NCBI GenBank assembly: GCA_030267245.1
Contig: JAJDJN010000001.1
Coordinates: 1-56,281, forward strand
Source: Desulfovibrio sp. OttesenSCG-928-A18
Lineage (GTDB): Bacteria; Desulfobacterota; Desulfovibrionia; Desulfovibrionales; Desulfovibrionaceae
Reading direction: 5' to 3'
Length of the DNA: 56,281 nt
A program made the translations under genes and the position numbers. Under the pieces are notes generated by a model. That model did not search any database and was not told where the DNA came from. It saw nothing but the letters and a program-made list of their open reading frames with translations. Each line of letters starts with the position of its first letter. Positions within the stretch are counted from its first letter, which is position 1. This document shows positions 54,647 through 56,281 of this stretch, piece by piece.

Positions 54647-56281
54647 ATGCCAGTCAAATTTCGCTATGTGCCGCCGGCTCCGGAGCCCATATCCGGCAAG
54701 TCTTTCATCGAACAGACCGAAAAGGCGTTCAACGAACTGGGCGGCCAGATCGATATCAGCAACGAAACGGCGCAGTCCGCCGTGACCATCGCTCAGGGGG
54801 CGGCGGAAACGGCCGCTGATGCCCTGCAAACGGCGCAGGACGCTAACGACAAGGTACAGGGGGCCGTGGACGCGGCCGCCGATGCGGCCGCGCAGGCACA
54901 GGCTGCCGCCGGGCAAAGCGCCGAGGCCCTGGCCCGGGCGGATGAGGCCTTTGATCTTGCGGCCAGCGCGGAGACGGAAGCAGAAGACGCAGCGACAAAG
55001 GCGGAACAGGCGGCCGGAGCGGCCGATGCCGCCGCCGATGCCGCCGCCGATGCGGCCGGGGCGGCCGCCGCCGCAGGGGCGAACGCCGCGCAGGCACTGC
55101 TGGTGGCGGAGTCCGCCCTGGATGTCTTTGTGCGCATCGATGGGGTCATAGACGCGGACGAATACTTCGACGATCCGGAGAAGCTGTATGTCACCAACGG
55201 GCAAAGCGCGCACTTTCCGCTCGCGCCGCCCGTATACTTTGCGGTCATGCCCACCAGTGACGGCGGCGCCTGTACGCAGATGGTCTGGTCCGCCGCAGAT
55301 GATGCGCTGTACCAGCGATGCGGGACCATAGACCGCGCCAACCTGTCCAACCCGACGGTAGTCTGGCCGGAATGGGCCCGGTCCGCTCCGGCGGATCCGC
55401 CGGATGACGGCCAGGCTTATGCCCGCGTAAGTGACGCCTGGCAACGGGTAACGGGCAATCTGGCCATAAATGCCAATGACAGGGTCATAAGCCAGAACGC
55501 CCAGGGGCTGCTGACCACTCTGGGGCTGGTCCACTCTCCGGACACGGGCAAGCTGCAGCTTACGGGCAGGGGCGGCGCCGTCATCGCCACAGTCACGCTG
55601 CCCCAGGCCCAGGTGATCGATGATGTGCGCGTGGAAACGAACCCGGCCGGCTACCCGCCCGGCACCTATCTGGTGATGACCTTCACCACGGCCACCGGCC
55701 CGGAAACGGTGTATGTGGACATCACGTCCATCATGCCCGTGTACAGCTCCGGGAACGCGGCCATAGGGATATCCGGTGAAAATAAGATATCGTTGATAGT
55801 GGACGGCAACTCCGGGTTGACCGTCGGCGCGGCCGGCCTTGGCGTTCCGCAGGCGACAACGGCGCAAAAAGGCCTGGCGCAACTGGCCAACAACGCCGAA
55901 GCCCAGGCCGGGACCAATGCGGCCAAGGCCCTGACCCCGGCCGCCCTGGCTTCGGTCACGGCCAGCGACGCGCGCAGGGGCCTGGTGGAACTGGCCACCA
56001 ACGCCGAGACCCAGGCCTTTACCGACGCCACGCGGGCCGTGACCCCGGCCGGCCTGGCGTCCGCCGCCGCAAGCGCCCCCACCATCAACCGCCTCATCCG
56101 GCGCGACGCTAACGGCCGCGCCCAGGTCAACGCCCCTGAAGCCGCGGCGGATATAGCCCGCAAGGCCGAAGTGGACGCCGTGGCCGCAAGCCTGGCCGCG
56201 CGCAAAATCAACACCGCCGCGCCCCTGACCGGCGGCGGCGATTTGTCCGCCGACCGCACCCTGGGCATCAGCGACGCCACG
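54647..56281 (+). CDS. Long tail fibre-like protein, truncated by the window end
   Basis: Frame from ATG 54647 (spot-checked): Ala-rich coil, then repeats ATTAQKGLAQLA and RRGLVELATNAE...AVTP. Confidence 0.8.
   Translation, partial: MPVKFRYVPPAPEPISGKSFIEQTEKAFNELGGQIDISNETAQSAVTIAQGAAETAADALQTAQDANDKVQGAVDAAADAAAQAQAAAGQSAEALARADEAFDLAASAETEAEDAATKAEQAAGAADAAADAAADAAGAAAAAGANAAQALLVAESALDVFVRIDGVIDADEYFDDPEKLYVTNGQSAHFPLAPPVYFAVMPTSDGGACTQMVWSAADDALYQRCGTIDRANLSNPTVVWPEWARSAPADPPDDGQAYARVSDAWQRVTGNLAINANDRVISQNAQGLLTTLGLVHSPDTGKLQLTGRGGAVIATVTLPQAQVIDDVRVETNPAGYPPGTYLVMTFTTATGPETVYVDITSIMPVYSSGNAAIGISGENKISLIVDGNSGLTVGAAGLGVPQATTAQKGLAQLANNAEAQAGTNAAKALTPAALASVTASDARRGLVELATNAETQAFTDATRAVTPAGLASAAASAPTINRLIRRDANGRAQVNAPEAAADIARKAEVDAVAASLAARKINTAAPLTGGGDLSADRTLGISDAT

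Larger units (their letters stand above)
3433..56281. mobile_element. Temperate myovirus-type prophage; right end lies outside the window
   Basis: Module order att-int-xis-cI/cro-replication-lysis-terminase-head-sheath-baseplate-fibre. Confidence 0.97.

Noticed and set aside
52929-56281. Diversity-generating retroelement or invertible fibre cassette
   Set aside because: No reverse transcriptase, invertase or adenine-specific repeat pair is in the window; one could lie beyond the edge.

Overview
Most of this window (about 3433 to the right edge) is one temperate, contractile-tailed prophage. It is integrated at a tRNA-Val(CAC) 3'-end attachment site, and the host is probably a Desulfovibrio-like bacterium (inferred from the integrase and repeat types). 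Gene order is: integrase/excisionase, left early accessory and recombination genes, lambda-like immunity region (OL/PL, moron, cI, OR/PR, cro), two orphan DNA methyltransferases, replication, an anti-CRISPR-like cassette, lysis, a ParB/methyltransferase/radical-SAM cluster, terminases, head, a P1/P22-immI-like insert, tail, baseplate and fibres (cut by the window edge). Left of the att site is a decaying second island: an integrase with an in-frame TAG, hipBA with three operators, and a helicase fragment. The strongest lead is at 25200-27092. A solitary, shortened type I-C CRISPR repeat has its own sigma70-like promoter, a 33-nt spacer-like segment and a terminator. It is transcribed antisense inside an operon encoding a Lys/Arg-free acidic 67-aa Acr-like protein, an Aca-like HTH, a five-repeat HTH protein and a Zn-finger protein. 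Other leads are a rexAB-position moron (nuclease, 61-aa ORF, ClpP-fold protease), a tRNA-like element with a broken anticodon arm, two large structured non-coding regions, deletion scars, and a frameshifted tail-fibre start. All calls come from motif recognition by eye; no database searches were run.
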